Shown: positions 31,485-40,541 of the stretch, piece after piece | How the letters are laid out: every line of letters starts with the position of its first letter | How positions within the stretch are numbered: the first letter of the stretch is position 1 | Source: Lachnospiraceae bacterium | GTDB lineage: Bacteria; Bacillota; Clostridia; Lachnospirales; Lachnospiraceae | Direction: 5' to 3' | DNA: 64,000 bases | NCBI GenBank assembly: GCA_031556725.1 | Contig: JAVBSL010000016.1 | Span: 6,364-70,363 of the forward strand | The notes under the pieces: generated by a model | Told to the model about the DNA's origin: nothing | Seen by the model: only the letters and a program-made list of their open reading frames with translations | Database searches by the model: none | Position numbers and translations under genes: made by a program

Positions 31485-32153
31485 ATGAAAAACTTTTTAC
31501 TCAAGTATAAGCATGGGCTGCCGCTTATGCTCTACATGATCATCTATTTAGCCTGGTTTGCGTACCTGGAAAAGACTGTAACCAATTCCTACACTTTGAT
31601 CCATTTGAAAGCGGATGACTACATTCCTTTTCTGGAAATTTTCGTTATTCCTTATTTTCTCTGGTTTTTTTATGTTTCGGTGGTGGTTCTGTATGGCCTC
31701 TTCAAAGACAAAACCGGATATTACAAAAACTGTATTTTCCTTTTTACCGGAATGACGATTTTCCTATTGATTTCCACCCTTTGGCCCAACGGTCAAAACC
31801 TGCGGCCCTATATCCTGCCTAACGAAAACTTCCTTACCCAGATGGTCAGGGGACTCTATAGAACCGATACACCCACCAATATTTGGCCCAGTATCCATGT
31901 TTACAACTCCCTGGGAACCCACTTTGCCGTATTGCGCTCCGCACAATTACACAAAAATAAATGGCTTTGCAACGGCTCTTTAGTTCTATGCATCTCCATT
32001 ATTCTCTCCACCATGTTCATCAAACAGCACTCCATCTTTGATGTCATCACCGCCTTCATCATGGCTGCCGTCATGTACCTGGTAGTTTATCAGGGAGATA
32101 GAATCTTGGGCGGAAGATTAGTCCGCAAGCCCGACAGCGTACAAGAAAATTAA
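31485..32153 (+). CDS. PAP2-like (phosphatidic acid phosphatase type 2 / PAP2_C) membrane protein
   Basis: 222 aa polytopic protein with WPSIHV ... KQHSIFDV, resembling the PAP2 C2/C3 motifs. Confidence 0.6.
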   Translation: MKNFLLKYKHGLPLMLYMIIYLAWFAYLEKTVTNSYTLIHLKADDYIPFLEIFVIPYFLWFFYVSVVVLYGLFKDKTGYYKNCIFLFTGMTIFLLISTLWPNGQNLRPYILPNENFLTQMVRGLYRTDTPTNIWPSIHVYNSLGTHFAVLRSAQLHKNKWLCNGSLVLCISIILSTMFIKQHSIFDVITAFIMAAVMYLVVYQGDRILGGRLVRKPDSVQEN

Positions 32154-32183
32154 TTTGCAGGACTATTGTCAGGAAACTTACGC

Positions 32184-32455
32184 GGGGCCCGGCTCAGCCG
32201 TCTGACTCGTTTAAATAGGTAATACACAAGTGTTTCTGCGATTTTTGAAAATTTGTAATGATTTCTTAGTGAAAAATTTTATAGCTTCAATTAAAAATCA
32301 GCAACTGTCCGACGAACAACGTGAGGAGTTTTGCTGATTTTTGATTTGCCTTTTGCTATAAAATTTTCCACTTAGAAATCAAACAAATTAGAAACATGAG
32401 CAGAAATTCTTGTGTACTACATATTTAAACGAGTCAGACGGCTGAGCCGGGCCCC
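32184..32455. repeat. 272-nt imperfect palindrome (long hairpin element C) between convergent genes
   Basis: The outer 33 bp are perfect (ggggcccggctcagccgtctgactcgtttaaata / tatttaaacgagtcagacggctgagccgggcccc). Further paired blocks are atttcttagtgaaaaattttatagc / gctataaaattttccacttagaaat and aaaaatcagcaa / ttgctgattttt. Confidence 0.85.
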
Positions 32456-32480
32456 CTCATAACCCCTTACAATCCCCCAC

Positions 32481-33506
32481 CTAATTGAACTTAAAAAACC
32501 GGCGGCAGATTTTGTAGCCTTCCACGGATATCTTCCGACCTCCCTTTCCGGGGAGGTTGGTAGAGCTTCCAAGAAATCCATAGCGCAGGCGCTTATGCAG
32601 AATCCAATCTTTCTTTTGGATATATTCCCATAATTCTTTCTTTTTTTCCAGATTTTCATCTGTTCCGGAACGTATCATTAATATAGAAGAAACAGTGGTA
32701 ATGATTTCCAGATAATTCAACATATATCTATAAAGTTTACGGTTTCCGGCAATAGCAGTCCGGTTTTCAGCAAGATAATCAACCATCATCTTGTTAACTC
32801 CAATCTGCTGGTCAATTCGGCCGATCATAATATCTTCATTTACCGACTGGTCTTCCCGGCCGATATAATAACGGTAAAAATTCACATCCAGATAATACAT
32901 ATTTTTAACATAAGGAAGAGGCTCGAATACAAAGAGATTGTCCACATAAAAAGTGTGCTCCGGCAGCTTCAGTCCACATTCACGCAACAGTTTAGTCCGG
33001 AAAATCACTGAATGCATCAGCATATATTGACCCTTCCTAAAATGCCGGATATCCTTCCACTGGAACAGTTCTCCCTGAGGAAGAGCATGTCCGTAGCGCA
33101 TAACTTTATTTCGCTTTTCGCCTTCCTTTTCATAAACAAAATTGCTGATCAGCATATCTAACATCGTTTCTCCGCCAGCCAGCTCCTGCAAGATACGAAG
33201 AATTGCCTGGTAAGCTTCTTCTTTTACCCAGTCATCACTGTCTACCACTTTAAAAAACAATCCCGTGGCGTGCTCGATACCGGCATTCACTGCCGAACCA
33301 TGTCCGCCATTTTCTTTATCCACCACTTGTACCACCGTGGGGTGTTCCGCCTGATACTGTCTGGCAATGGATAGGGTTTCATCCCGGGAACCATCATCTA
33401 CAATAATGATTTCAACATCTTCACCGCCTTGCAGCAAAGAATCAATACACTTTCTCATATAGCCTGCCGAATTGTAGCAGGGCACCGTAACTGTCAACAC
33501 TTTCAT
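32481..33506 (-). CDS. Family 2 glycosyltransferase
   Basis: 341 aa; VTVPCYNSAGYMRKCIDSLL, IIIVDDGSRDET, DSDD motifs. Confidence 0.85.
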   Translation of the reverse strand: MKVLTVTVPCYNSAGYMRKCIDSLLQGGEDVEIIIVDDGSRDETLSIARQYQAEHPTVVQVVDKENGGHGSAVNAGIEHATGLFFKVVDSDDWVKEEAYQAILRILQELAGGETMLDMLISNFVYEKEGEKRNKVMRYGHALPQGELFQWKDIRHFRKGQYMLMHSVIFRTKLLRECGLKLPEHTFYVDNLFVFEPLPYVKNMYYLDVNFYRYYIGREDQSVNEDIMIGRIDQQIGVNKMMVDYLAENRTAIAGNRKLYRYMLNYLEIITTVSSILMIRSGTDENLEKKKELWEYIQKKDWILHKRLRYGFLGSSTNLPGKGGRKISVEGYKICRRFFKFN

Positions 33507-33527
33507 ATCAATGACCTGGCCTTTCCA

Positions 33528-35279
33528 CTATTTATCCATACCTAATTTTATATTCAAAAATTCCGCATAAGCTGCATAAGCCGACGGAATCGGATACCGT
33601 TCCTGAACATCACCTGTTTCCACAAAGATCATACCGTCGTCACTGCTCTGATTCTCAGTCAGTTCATCTACTTTGACAATATATCCGGTCATATGCCATT
33701 CTTTGTGGGTAAAAATATGCTTGCCGGGCGGCAATTCTTTGATGTAGATTGCCTGTACACCAATGGCTGCTAATTCCCGTAAAACTTCTTTATCTGATAA
33801 GTGTCCCTCTAATGTCGGAAATTCATACATGCCGGCTAATAATCCCTTATCCGGCCGCTTCTTCAAAGCCACTGTTTTGTCCTTACGCAGAATCAAAATG
33901 GTTTTATTTTCCTTTTTACGTTCCTTTTTAATCACTTTTACCGGAAATTCCGTTTCCCTGCCTGTCAAATGCGCAGCACATAACTCCTTCAGGGGGCATT
34001 GCGTGCATTGGGGTGCACCACCAGGAAGGCAGACCATCGCTCCCAAATCCATCATCGCCTGATTAAAATCCCCGGGCCGTTTGCCTGGAATCACTGCCTG
34101 CAGTTCCTGTTCAACCCTTTTTCTAATCTCCGGTCTGGTAACATCAGCACCGTCTGCCCACAAACGAGCTATTATCCGCAGCACGTTACCGTCCACGGCG
34201 GCCGCTCTTTGTCCGTAAGCAATGGAACTCACCGCACCTGCTGTGTAGTTTCCGATTCCGGAAAGCTTCTTCAGGTCTTCGTAGGCTGATGGCATGACAC
34301 CATCATACTCATCCATCACCTGCCTTGCTGCTTTTTGCATATTGCGCACCCGGTTATAATAGCCAAGGCCTTCCCACAGCTTCAGAAGCGTTTCTTCCTG
34401 TGCCTTAGCAAGACTCCTGATATCAGGCAGCGCCTCGATAAATCTCGCATAATAAGGCTTGACCGCTTCTACTCTGGTCTGCTGCAGCATGATTTCCGAA
34501 ACCCACACATGATAGGGGGTTGGTTCCTCCCGCCAGGGCAAAATCCGTCTTTTTGTATCATACCACTTTAATAAGGGAGTGGCAATCTCATCCAGTAGAG
34601 AAAGTTTCACCGGCACCTCTTTTCGGATCTCCATCCTCACGGGCGTCACCAGACAATCATATGCCAGAACCTGCACACCGGCAGCCCTGGCCTCCCGCAA
34701 GGCTTCGGCAAATTCCGGTTGGATTTCTTCGTTGGGCTTAAAGCAAATCACATCTTCCATCTGTACTACCAAAAGAATATATGCCTGATAGCCTTTTCGA
34801 ACCGCTTCCGTCAATTCCTTTACATGTTTGACAGCCCGCTCGGAAGGAGCATCCGGAAAATATACCACATTGTCCTTTTCAAGTGTTACCCCCTTCACTT
34901 CTATTAAGATTTTTTTCTGCCCTGCCTCCGCATAAAAATCAAGCCGTGAATCTCCGTATCGGTATTCCGGCTTCAAAGTCTGCAGGTTTGGAAATAAAAT
35001 TTTCTTTTTAAGCCACTCTGCCACTGCCATATTGGGTGCCTGAGAATCCATATTGATCAGACGCGAACCCTTTTGTACTGCAACCAGATCATAACGGGTG
35101 CTGCGTTCCGGCTTATCACTTTCAGCCAGAAACACCTTGGCATTCTCGGTCAGCAATTCCTGACACCTGCCGGTGTTTTTCACATGTACCCGCTCTGTGT
35201 TCCCTTCTATGTCCACATTGGCAATAAACCGATTAGGACGGCTTAGAAACCGTCCTTCGATTATCTTCTGATACTCCAC
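33528..35279 (-). CDS. mutY: Fusion protein: N-terminal SfsA (DNA/RNA nuclease SfsA family) + C-terminal A/G-specific adenine DNA glycosylase MutY
   Basis: 583 aa in one uninterrupted frame. Residues 1 to about 228 are SfsA-like (RFLSRPNRFIANV...VHVKNTGRCQELL...DSRLDF). From about residue 235 the sequence is MutY-like (LLKWYDTKRRILPWR, VSEIMLQQT, GLGYYNR, Fe-S loop CLPGGAPQCTQCPLKELC, Nudix-like C-terminus). The GTG start overlaps the upstream stop by 1 nt. Confidence 0.8.
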   Translation of the reverse strand: MEYQKIIEGRFLSRPNRFIANVDIEGNTERVHVKNTGRCQELLTENAKVFLAESDKPERSTRYDLVAVQKGSRLINMDSQAPNMAVAEWLKKKILFPNLQTLKPEYRYGDSRLDFYAEAGQKKILIEVKGVTLEKDNVVYFPDAPSERAVKHVKELTEAVRKGYQAYILLVVQMEDVICFKPNEEIQPEFAEALREARAAGVQVLAYDCLVTPVRMEIRKEVPVKLSLLDEIATPLLKWYDTKRRILPWREEPTPYHVWVSEIMLQQTRVEAVKPYYARFIEALPDIRSLAKAQEETLLKLWEGLGYYNRVRNMQKAARQVMDEYDGVMPSAYEDLKKLSGIGNYTAGAVSSIAYGQRAAAVDGNVLRIIARLWADGADVTRPEIRKRVEQELQAVIPGKRPGDFNQAMMDLGAMVCLPGGAPQCTQCPLKELCAAHLTGRETEFPVKVIKKERKKENKTILILRKDKTVALKKRPDKGLLAGMYEFPTLEGHLSDKEVLRELAAIGVQAIYIKELPPGKHIFTHKEWHMTGYIVKVDELTENQSSDDGMIFVETGDVQERYPIPSAYAAYAEFLNIKLGMDK

Positions 35280-36208
35280 TATATCGCAACCTCTTCTGTT
35301 TTATGTTTATACGGAACCTTAGCCGAAGGCACTACCTGTGCTGCCGGAACCGCATGAACTTCCTGATCGTCAAAGAATATATGAGCGCCAAAAGCTTTCA
35401 GCACATCCCTTTTAGCAATACCTCCTAAAAAAAAAGCTTCATCGATCCGCACATTCCAAGCCCGCAGGGTACGGATAACCCGCTCGTGAGCCGGCGCGCT
35501 TCTGGCCGTTACCAAGGCTGTTCTGATGGGCACCTGTTCCATGGAAAACTCTTCCTGCAAATCGGAAATCACCTTTAAGAACTTGGCAAATGGCCCTGCC
35601 GCTAAGGGATTACAGGCATGAAGCCGTTCATTTTCTTCAAAGGCTTCCAAACCGCTGGCCTGATAAATCTGCTCCGATTCATCCGAAAACAGCACCGCAT
35701 CACCATCAAACGCAATCCTGATCTGGGAAATCTCTTCCTCACTGCTATACCTTTGCTCATTTCCGCAATAGATCGTACCCGCTGCAATTCCGGCATCAAT
35801 CGCCAGCTGCACATCTTCCTCATCCGCTGACAGAAATAAATCTGTTTTAAAAGCTTCCAGATAAGGTGCCAGAAAAGCTCCGCTGGCCAATACTGCCCGA
35901 GAAATATTCAATCCATAATGGGCAATGGTATTAAAAACCCGTAAGGAAGTATCCGGACTGTTATGAGACATGATAATTACTTCTACCCGGCCTTCCTGCC
36001 CCGGAATGCGATTCAGATTAAGCAGCGCTTTAATCAGTGCAAAACCGGGCCCCGGTTCCAATATTTCCTCCTCATGTTCCAACTGATACCGGCAATAGGC
36101 ATCTACCCCTTCTTTTTCAAAAATCTCATTTTCCTTGGTGAGATTAAAAAGGGCTCTGGATGAAACACCTACTACCAAACGATTATTTAAACAATATGCC
36201 ACAGGCAC
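35279..36208 (-). CDS. Putative 5'-nucleotidase (cytosolic 5'-nucleotidase-like family)
   Basis: 309 aa. The assignment is from remembered family resemblance (LVVGVSSRALFNL..., AFDGDAVLFSDESE, HAD-like DxD). Moderate confidence only. Confidence 0.5.
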   Translation of the reverse strand: MPVAYCLNNRLVVGVSSRALFNLTKENEIFEKEGVDAYCRYQLEHEEEILEPGPGFALIKALLNLNRIPGQEGRVEVIIMSHNSPDTSLRVFNTIAHYGLNISRAVLASGAFLAPYLEAFKTDLFLSADEEDVQLAIDAGIAAGTIYCGNEQRYSSEEEISQIRIAFDGDAVLFSDESEQIYQASGLEAFEENERLHACNPLAAGPFAKFLKVISDLQEEFSMEQVPIRTALVTARSAPAHERVIRTLRAWNVRIDEAFFLGGIAKRDVLKAFGAHIFFDDQEVHAVPAAQVVPSAKVPYKHKTEEVAI

Positions 36209-36213
36209 ACCTC

Positions 36214-36777
36214 CTATCTGTTGCTTTCGAACCTCCTCATAGTCAGCAGACAGTGCCGCAGCTGTTCAAAACGGTCTTCGGTATCCCCATCCTCGATTTC
36301 CACATCAATTGCCACCGCCATGGTAGTAATCATATGATCGTCAATGCGATGATGAAGCCCCGCTAAAATCCGCAAGCGCTGCTCACATGTATCCGCCCCT
36401 AAAAATTCCATCACCAGAGGGTCAACACCTTCTATGTTTTCGTTATCTTCAACTTGTTCTTTTTCCAGTTGTTTTGTTTCTTCTTGTTCAATCTCTATTT
36501 GCTCCGTTTTTACCTGTTCTGCTGCTTCACCTTGCAGATTTTGCAGTTCAAACCGGTATTCCTGCAAAACTTCGGGATACTTATTCCGGTCCACCGGCTC
36601 CATGAACATCTCTAGGGGACGGGCATAAGCTCTATAATCACCATATAAAGCCTGATATATAACCATGGTTTCACCACTTTCGCTATGCTCCGCCAAAGTA
36701 ACTATCTGATATAAATTTCCATTAAAATGTCTATAAACTTCTTGTGGTTGTGGGTTGCTTCGCATATCTTCCTCCAA
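36214..36777 (-). CDS. DUF1653 domain protein with an acidic linker and extra C-terminal domain
   Basis: The YRHFNGNLYQIVTLAEHSESGETMVIYQALYGDYRAYARPLEMF core is typical of DUF1653. Confidence 0.6.
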   Translation of the reverse strand: MEEDMRSNPQPQEVYRHFNGNLYQIVTLAEHSESGETMVIYQALYGDYRAYARPLEMFMEPVDRNKYPEVLQEYRFELQNLQGEAAEQVKTEQIEIEQEETKQLEKEQVEDNENIEGVDPLVMEFLGADTCEQRLRILAGLHHRIDDHMITTMAVAIDVEIEDGDTEDRFEQLRHCLLTMRRFESNR

Positions 36778-36832
36778 ATTATAATAAACTTCTTTTTATT
36801 ATAATCTCAAATTCACAGCTTGTCATTCTCTT

Positions 36833-37255
36833 TTACACATCTGTTTCCATAAATTCATAAGAAACATCAAATCCATTCATCAAAACTTCCATTTTAACTA
36901 ACTCACTCATTAATTCGGAACGTTTTACATTATCCAGCTGACTAATCTTCTTATTATATATGGAAACCGTATATGTCCGAGTCTCCTGACTTTCCCTTTC
37001 ATCGTTTGCTGTCCCCTTCGCAACCTCCTTCGGAGAAATCACCTTCGTCATATTAATCCCGCTGTTATAATACCCCGCCTCATCCAAAAAGTTCCTTAAC
37101 CCGCTCCGATATTCCTTCTCCATCACCTGATAATACCGCTCATCTTCATGAGACACCTTCCTCTCCTTCCCCACCACCTGAATAGAACAACCACACAAAA
37201 AAATAACCGTAAACAAAACCACCAACCTCACCCAATTGCTTTTCATCCTTTTCAT
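36833..37255 (-). CDS. Small lipoprotein, unknown function
   Basis: A signal peptide plus lipobox (VIFLCGCS). The start was set at MKRMKSNW (ATG 37255) behind ggagg. Confidence 0.6.
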   Translation of the reverse strand: MKRMKSNWVRLVVLFTVIFLCGCSIQVVGKERKVSHEDERYYQVMEKEYRSGLRNFLDEAGYYNSGINMTKVISPKEVAKGTANDERESQETRTYTVSIYNKKISQLDNVKRSELMSELVKMEVLMNGFDVSYEFMETDV

Positions 37256-37398
37256 CCCATTACCTCCGTCCATCCCACACCTTTAATCTCTTAACAACTC
37301 TGTAATTCCATCATAGCAGTTCAAGTGTCCCATAAAACGGACTCCGTAATGTAAATTGAAAATTTATAATAATGCCACCGGTCTGCAAGCGGTGCTCA

Positions 37399-37531
37399 CG
37401 GAAAACCCAGCGGCCCCCCAAAACCGTGGCAAAAGGACAGAAACGGAAACGAGATATCGTAATTTATTCCATTACAATACCTCGCTCCGCTTCTGTCCTT
37501 TCCACAACCTCCAGGCCGCGTCCCCCTTCCG
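37399..37531 (-). repeat. Long hairpin element D (core-deleted relative of the 41.8-kb and 58.9-kb elements)
   Basis: The loop is ttattcc (37464-37470). The arms are aaaggacagaaacggaaacgagatatcgtaat / attacaatacctcgctccgcttctgtccttt, and pairing extends outward to about 37399/37531. The transition-type mismatches I could align (about ten) are G.U on the minus strand. Confidence 0.75.
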
Positions 37532-37551
37532 ATACCCTTCCGCAACCCTAC

Positions 37552-38529
37552 CTACACGCTATATTTCACTATCAGCAATTCCACACTCATGATATCATTC
37601 ATTCGTCCGGTTTTTACTGCTTCCTCCGCTTCCACACAGGCCGTCACTGCTTTCCGCAGATCCTCCCGCTTGAACTTGGCCGCCTGGGCCACATACTTCC
37701 CGGCAATAAACCCCGGCAGATTTACCTTGGCACCGATAGCCTTGTTATCATACCCTTTTCCTTTCAGTTCTTTAACCTGCAGCAAGACGTTAAACTGTCT
37801 GGCAATCAGAAACAATATCCGCATCGGCTGTTCTTTCAGTGCCAGCAAATCATAATAAAGCCGCAATGCTTCTTTTTGCTTTTTATCCGCTACCGCACCC
37901 ACCATATCAAAAATATGATTGGAAATACGGGTGGTACAGATCGTATCTACATCATTTTCGGTAATCACATCCCGGTCCATGCAATAGCAGACCAGTTTTT
38001 CCAGTTCGCCCTTAATATTCTCCATATCGGTGCCGGTCTTGCCAATCAGATATACTGCTGTACGCTCGGTAATCTGCTTTCCTTCTTTTTTCAGAATACC
38101 GGCAATCCAGCGTTTTAAGGTGTCCTCATCCTGTTCGGGGAATTCCACCGCCCCGCTCATTCCCTGCAGCAGCTTGAACATCTTCCCCCGCTTGTCCACC
38201 TCAGCCTCCACAAACAGAATGCTGGTGCTTTCCGGAACACTTTTCAGATATTCAATCATCTTTTCATCCGCGCTCTTGAACAAACCGCTGTTTTCCCAGA
38301 TAATCACCCGTCGGTCAGCAAAAAAGGGCAGGGTTTCCGCCAAATCAATGATTTCCGGAACAGTGACTGCTTTTCCTTCATAATAGTTATAGTTCATGGT
38401 ATCCTCGTCGCTGATAAGGACCTTTTTTAATTTATCCCGATATTGCCTGCGGAGATAGGATTCTTCTCCGTAAAACAGATAGATCTGTTTCAAATTTCCT
38501 GTTTTAATATCTTCATTCAGTGCCTTCAT
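37552..38529 (-). CDS. holA: DNA polymerase III subunit delta
   Basis: HolA-like (IYLFYGEESYL...). The start was set at MKALNED (ATG 38529) behind agaggg. Confidence 0.8.
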   Translation of the reverse strand: MKALNEDIKTGNLKQIYLFYGEESYLRRQYRDKLKKVLISDEDTMNYNYYEGKAVTVPEIIDLAETLPFFADRRVIIWENSGLFKSADEKMIEYLKSVPESTSILFVEAEVDKRGKMFKLLQGMSGAVEFPEQDEDTLKRWIAGILKKEGKQITERTAVYLIGKTGTDMENIKGELEKLVCYCMDRDVITENDVDTICTTRISNHIFDMVGAVADKKQKEALRLYYDLLALKEQPMRILFLIARQFNVLLQVKELKGKGYDNKAIGAKVNLPGFIAGKYVAQAAKFKREDLRKAVTACVEAEEAVKTGRMNDIMSVELLIVKYSV

Positions 38530-38659
38530 TGGTTCGCCCTCTATTCTTATCTGAATCAATTATACCTTGCCTACATTCGGAAAATCAATAGTTGCAACAT
38601 AAAACTAATGGTGGTATACTAAATCCTTGGAATTTACAACAAAAAGAAATGAGGTATTT

Positions 38660-40486
38660 ATGTTACAAAAAAGAGAAGATGTTAGAAATATTGCCATTAT
38701 TGCCCATGTTGATCACGGCAAGACCACTTTGGTAGATGAACTGCTGAAACAAAGCGGTGTATTCCGGGAGCATCAGGAGGTGGCCGAGCGGGTCATGGAC
38801 TCCAATGATATCGAACGGGAACGAGGCATCACCATTCTGGCAAAAAATACAGCCGTTACTTATAAAAATACCAAAATCAATATTATTGATACTCCGGGCC
38901 ACGCTGACTTCGGCGGCGAGGTGGAGCGGGTTTTAAAAATGGTAAATGGCGTTATCCTTGTAGTGGATGCTTTTGAAGGTGCCATGCCCCAAACCAAGTT
39001 CGTTCTGCGGAAAGCTCTGGAAATGAAGCTGCCGGTAATTGTTTGTATTAATAAAATCGACCGTCCCGAGGGCCGGCCGGAAGAAGTTATCGATGAAGTT
39101 CTGGAACTTTTAATGGATCTGGATGCCGATGAAGCACAGTTAGACTGTCCCTTTATCTTTGCCTCTGCCAAAACCGGTACTGCTTCCCTGGATATGGAAG
39201 CCGAAAGCACCAATATGATTCCCCTGTTTGAAACCATTCTGGACTATATTCCAGCACCGGAAGGTGATCCTGAAGCCGGAACTCAGGTCTTGATCAGTAC
39301 CATTGATTATAATGAATATGTGGGCCGGATAGGCGTAGGTAAGGTGGACAACGGTGCCATCTGCGTCAATCAGGAGGTGGTGATCGTGAATCATCATGAC
39401 CCTGAGAAGCAGAAAAAAGTAAAAGTCAGCAAGTTATATGAATTTGATGGTTTAAATAAAGTAGAAGTAAAGGAAGCCGGTATCGGTTCGATCGTGGCCA
39501 TTTCCGGTATTACGGACATTCATATCGGTGATACCCTGTGTGCTGTTGAAAATCCTGTTCCGATTCCTTTTCAGAAGATCTCCGAACCCACCATTGCCAT
39601 GCATTTTGTGGTAAATGACTCTCCCCTTGCCGGCAAAGAAGGCAAGTATGTGACCAGCCGCCATCTGCGCGACCGTCTTTTCCGGGAATTGAACACCGAT
39701 GTTTCCTTAAGAGTAGAAGAAACCGAAACCACTGAGGCCTTTAAGGTATCCGGCCGTGGGGAGCTGCATCTTTCGGTATTGATTGAAAATATGCGCCGGG
39801 AAGGCTTTGAATTTGCTGTCAGCAAAGCTGAGGTTCTTTATCGGACCGATGAAAAGGGCCACAAACTGGAGCCGATGGAATTAACCTATGTGGATGTGCC
39901 CGATGAATTCTCCGGTGCGGTCATCGAAAAACTCAGCCAGCGAAAAGGTGAGCTGCGCAATATGGGCGCTGCTTCCGGCGGCTATACCCGTCTGGAATTC
40001 TCCATTCCTGCCCGCGGATTGATCGGTTACCGGGGTGAATTCTTAACTGATACCAAAGGAAATGGTATTATGAACAGCATCTTTGATGGCTACGGTCCTT
40101 ATAAGGGTGATATCCAATACCGTAAATTAGGTTCTCTGATTGCTTATGAAGCCGGTGATGCGGTTACCTACGGACTTTTCAATGCCCAGGAGCGTGGTGC
40201 TTTATTTATCGGTGCCGGCGAAAAAGTTTATGCCGGCATGGTTATCGGTGAAAGTGCCAGAGGTGAGGATATTGAAATCAATGTATGTAAGAAGAAACAG
40301 TTAACCAACACCCGTTCTTCCGGTGCGGACGATGCCCTGCGTTTATCTCCGCCGAAGGTATTAAGTCTGGAGCAGGCTCTGGAATTTATTGATACCGATG
40401 AGTTGCTGGAGGTTACTCCTTCTTCCCTACGAATCCGGAAGAAAATTCTTGATCCTACCTTGCGGAAACGAGCCGGCAATAAATAA
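38660..40486 (+). CDS. typA: Translational GTPase TypA/BipA
   Basis: IAIIAHVDHGKTTLVD, DTPGHADF, NKID motifs with a BipA C-terminal domain. The start was set at MLQKRED (ATG 38660) behind gagg. Confidence 0.95.
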   Translation: MLQKREDVRNIAIIAHVDHGKTTLVDELLKQSGVFREHQEVAERVMDSNDIERERGITILAKNTAVTYKNTKINIIDTPGHADFGGEVERVLKMVNGVILVVDAFEGAMPQTKFVLRKALEMKLPVIVCINKIDRPEGRPEEVIDEVLELLMDLDADEAQLDCPFIFASAKTGTASLDMEAESTNMIPLFETILDYIPAPEGDPEAGTQVLISTIDYNEYVGRIGVGKVDNGAICVNQEVVIVNHHDPEKQKKVKVSKLYEFDGLNKVEVKEAGIGSIVAISGITDIHIGDTLCAVENPVPIPFQKISEPTIAMHFVVNDSPLAGKEGKYVTSRHLRDRLFRELNTDVSLRVEETETTEAFKVSGRGELHLSVLIENMRREGFEFAVSKAEVLYRTDEKGHKLEPMELTYVDVPDEFSGAVIEKLSQRKGELRNMGAASGGYTRLEFSIPARGLIGYRGEFLTDTKGNGIMNSIFDGYGPYKGDIQYRKLGSLIAYEAGDAVTYGLFNAQERGALFIGAGEKVYAGMVIGESARGEDIEINVCKKKQLTNTRSSGADDALRLSPPKVLSLEQALEFIDTDELLEVTPSSLRIRKKILDPTLRKRAGNK

Positions 40487-40505
40487 AAGAATATGTATCC
40501 TGATG

Positions 40506-40535
40506 CAGCGCAGAGATTTGTTGGTCTCTGCGCTG
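40506..40535. terminator. Shared hairpin between convergent typA and tyrS
   Basis: Perfect 11-bp stem cagcgcagaga / tctctgcgctg, followed on the plus strand by a T-rich tract. Confidence 0.55.
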
Positions 40536-40541
40536 TTCTTC

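Noticed and set aside
32417-32659. An 80-aa minus-strand ORF overlapping the GT2 3' end and hairpin C.
   Set aside because: It is out of frame within the glycosyltransferase gene and extends into the palindrome, with no RBS.
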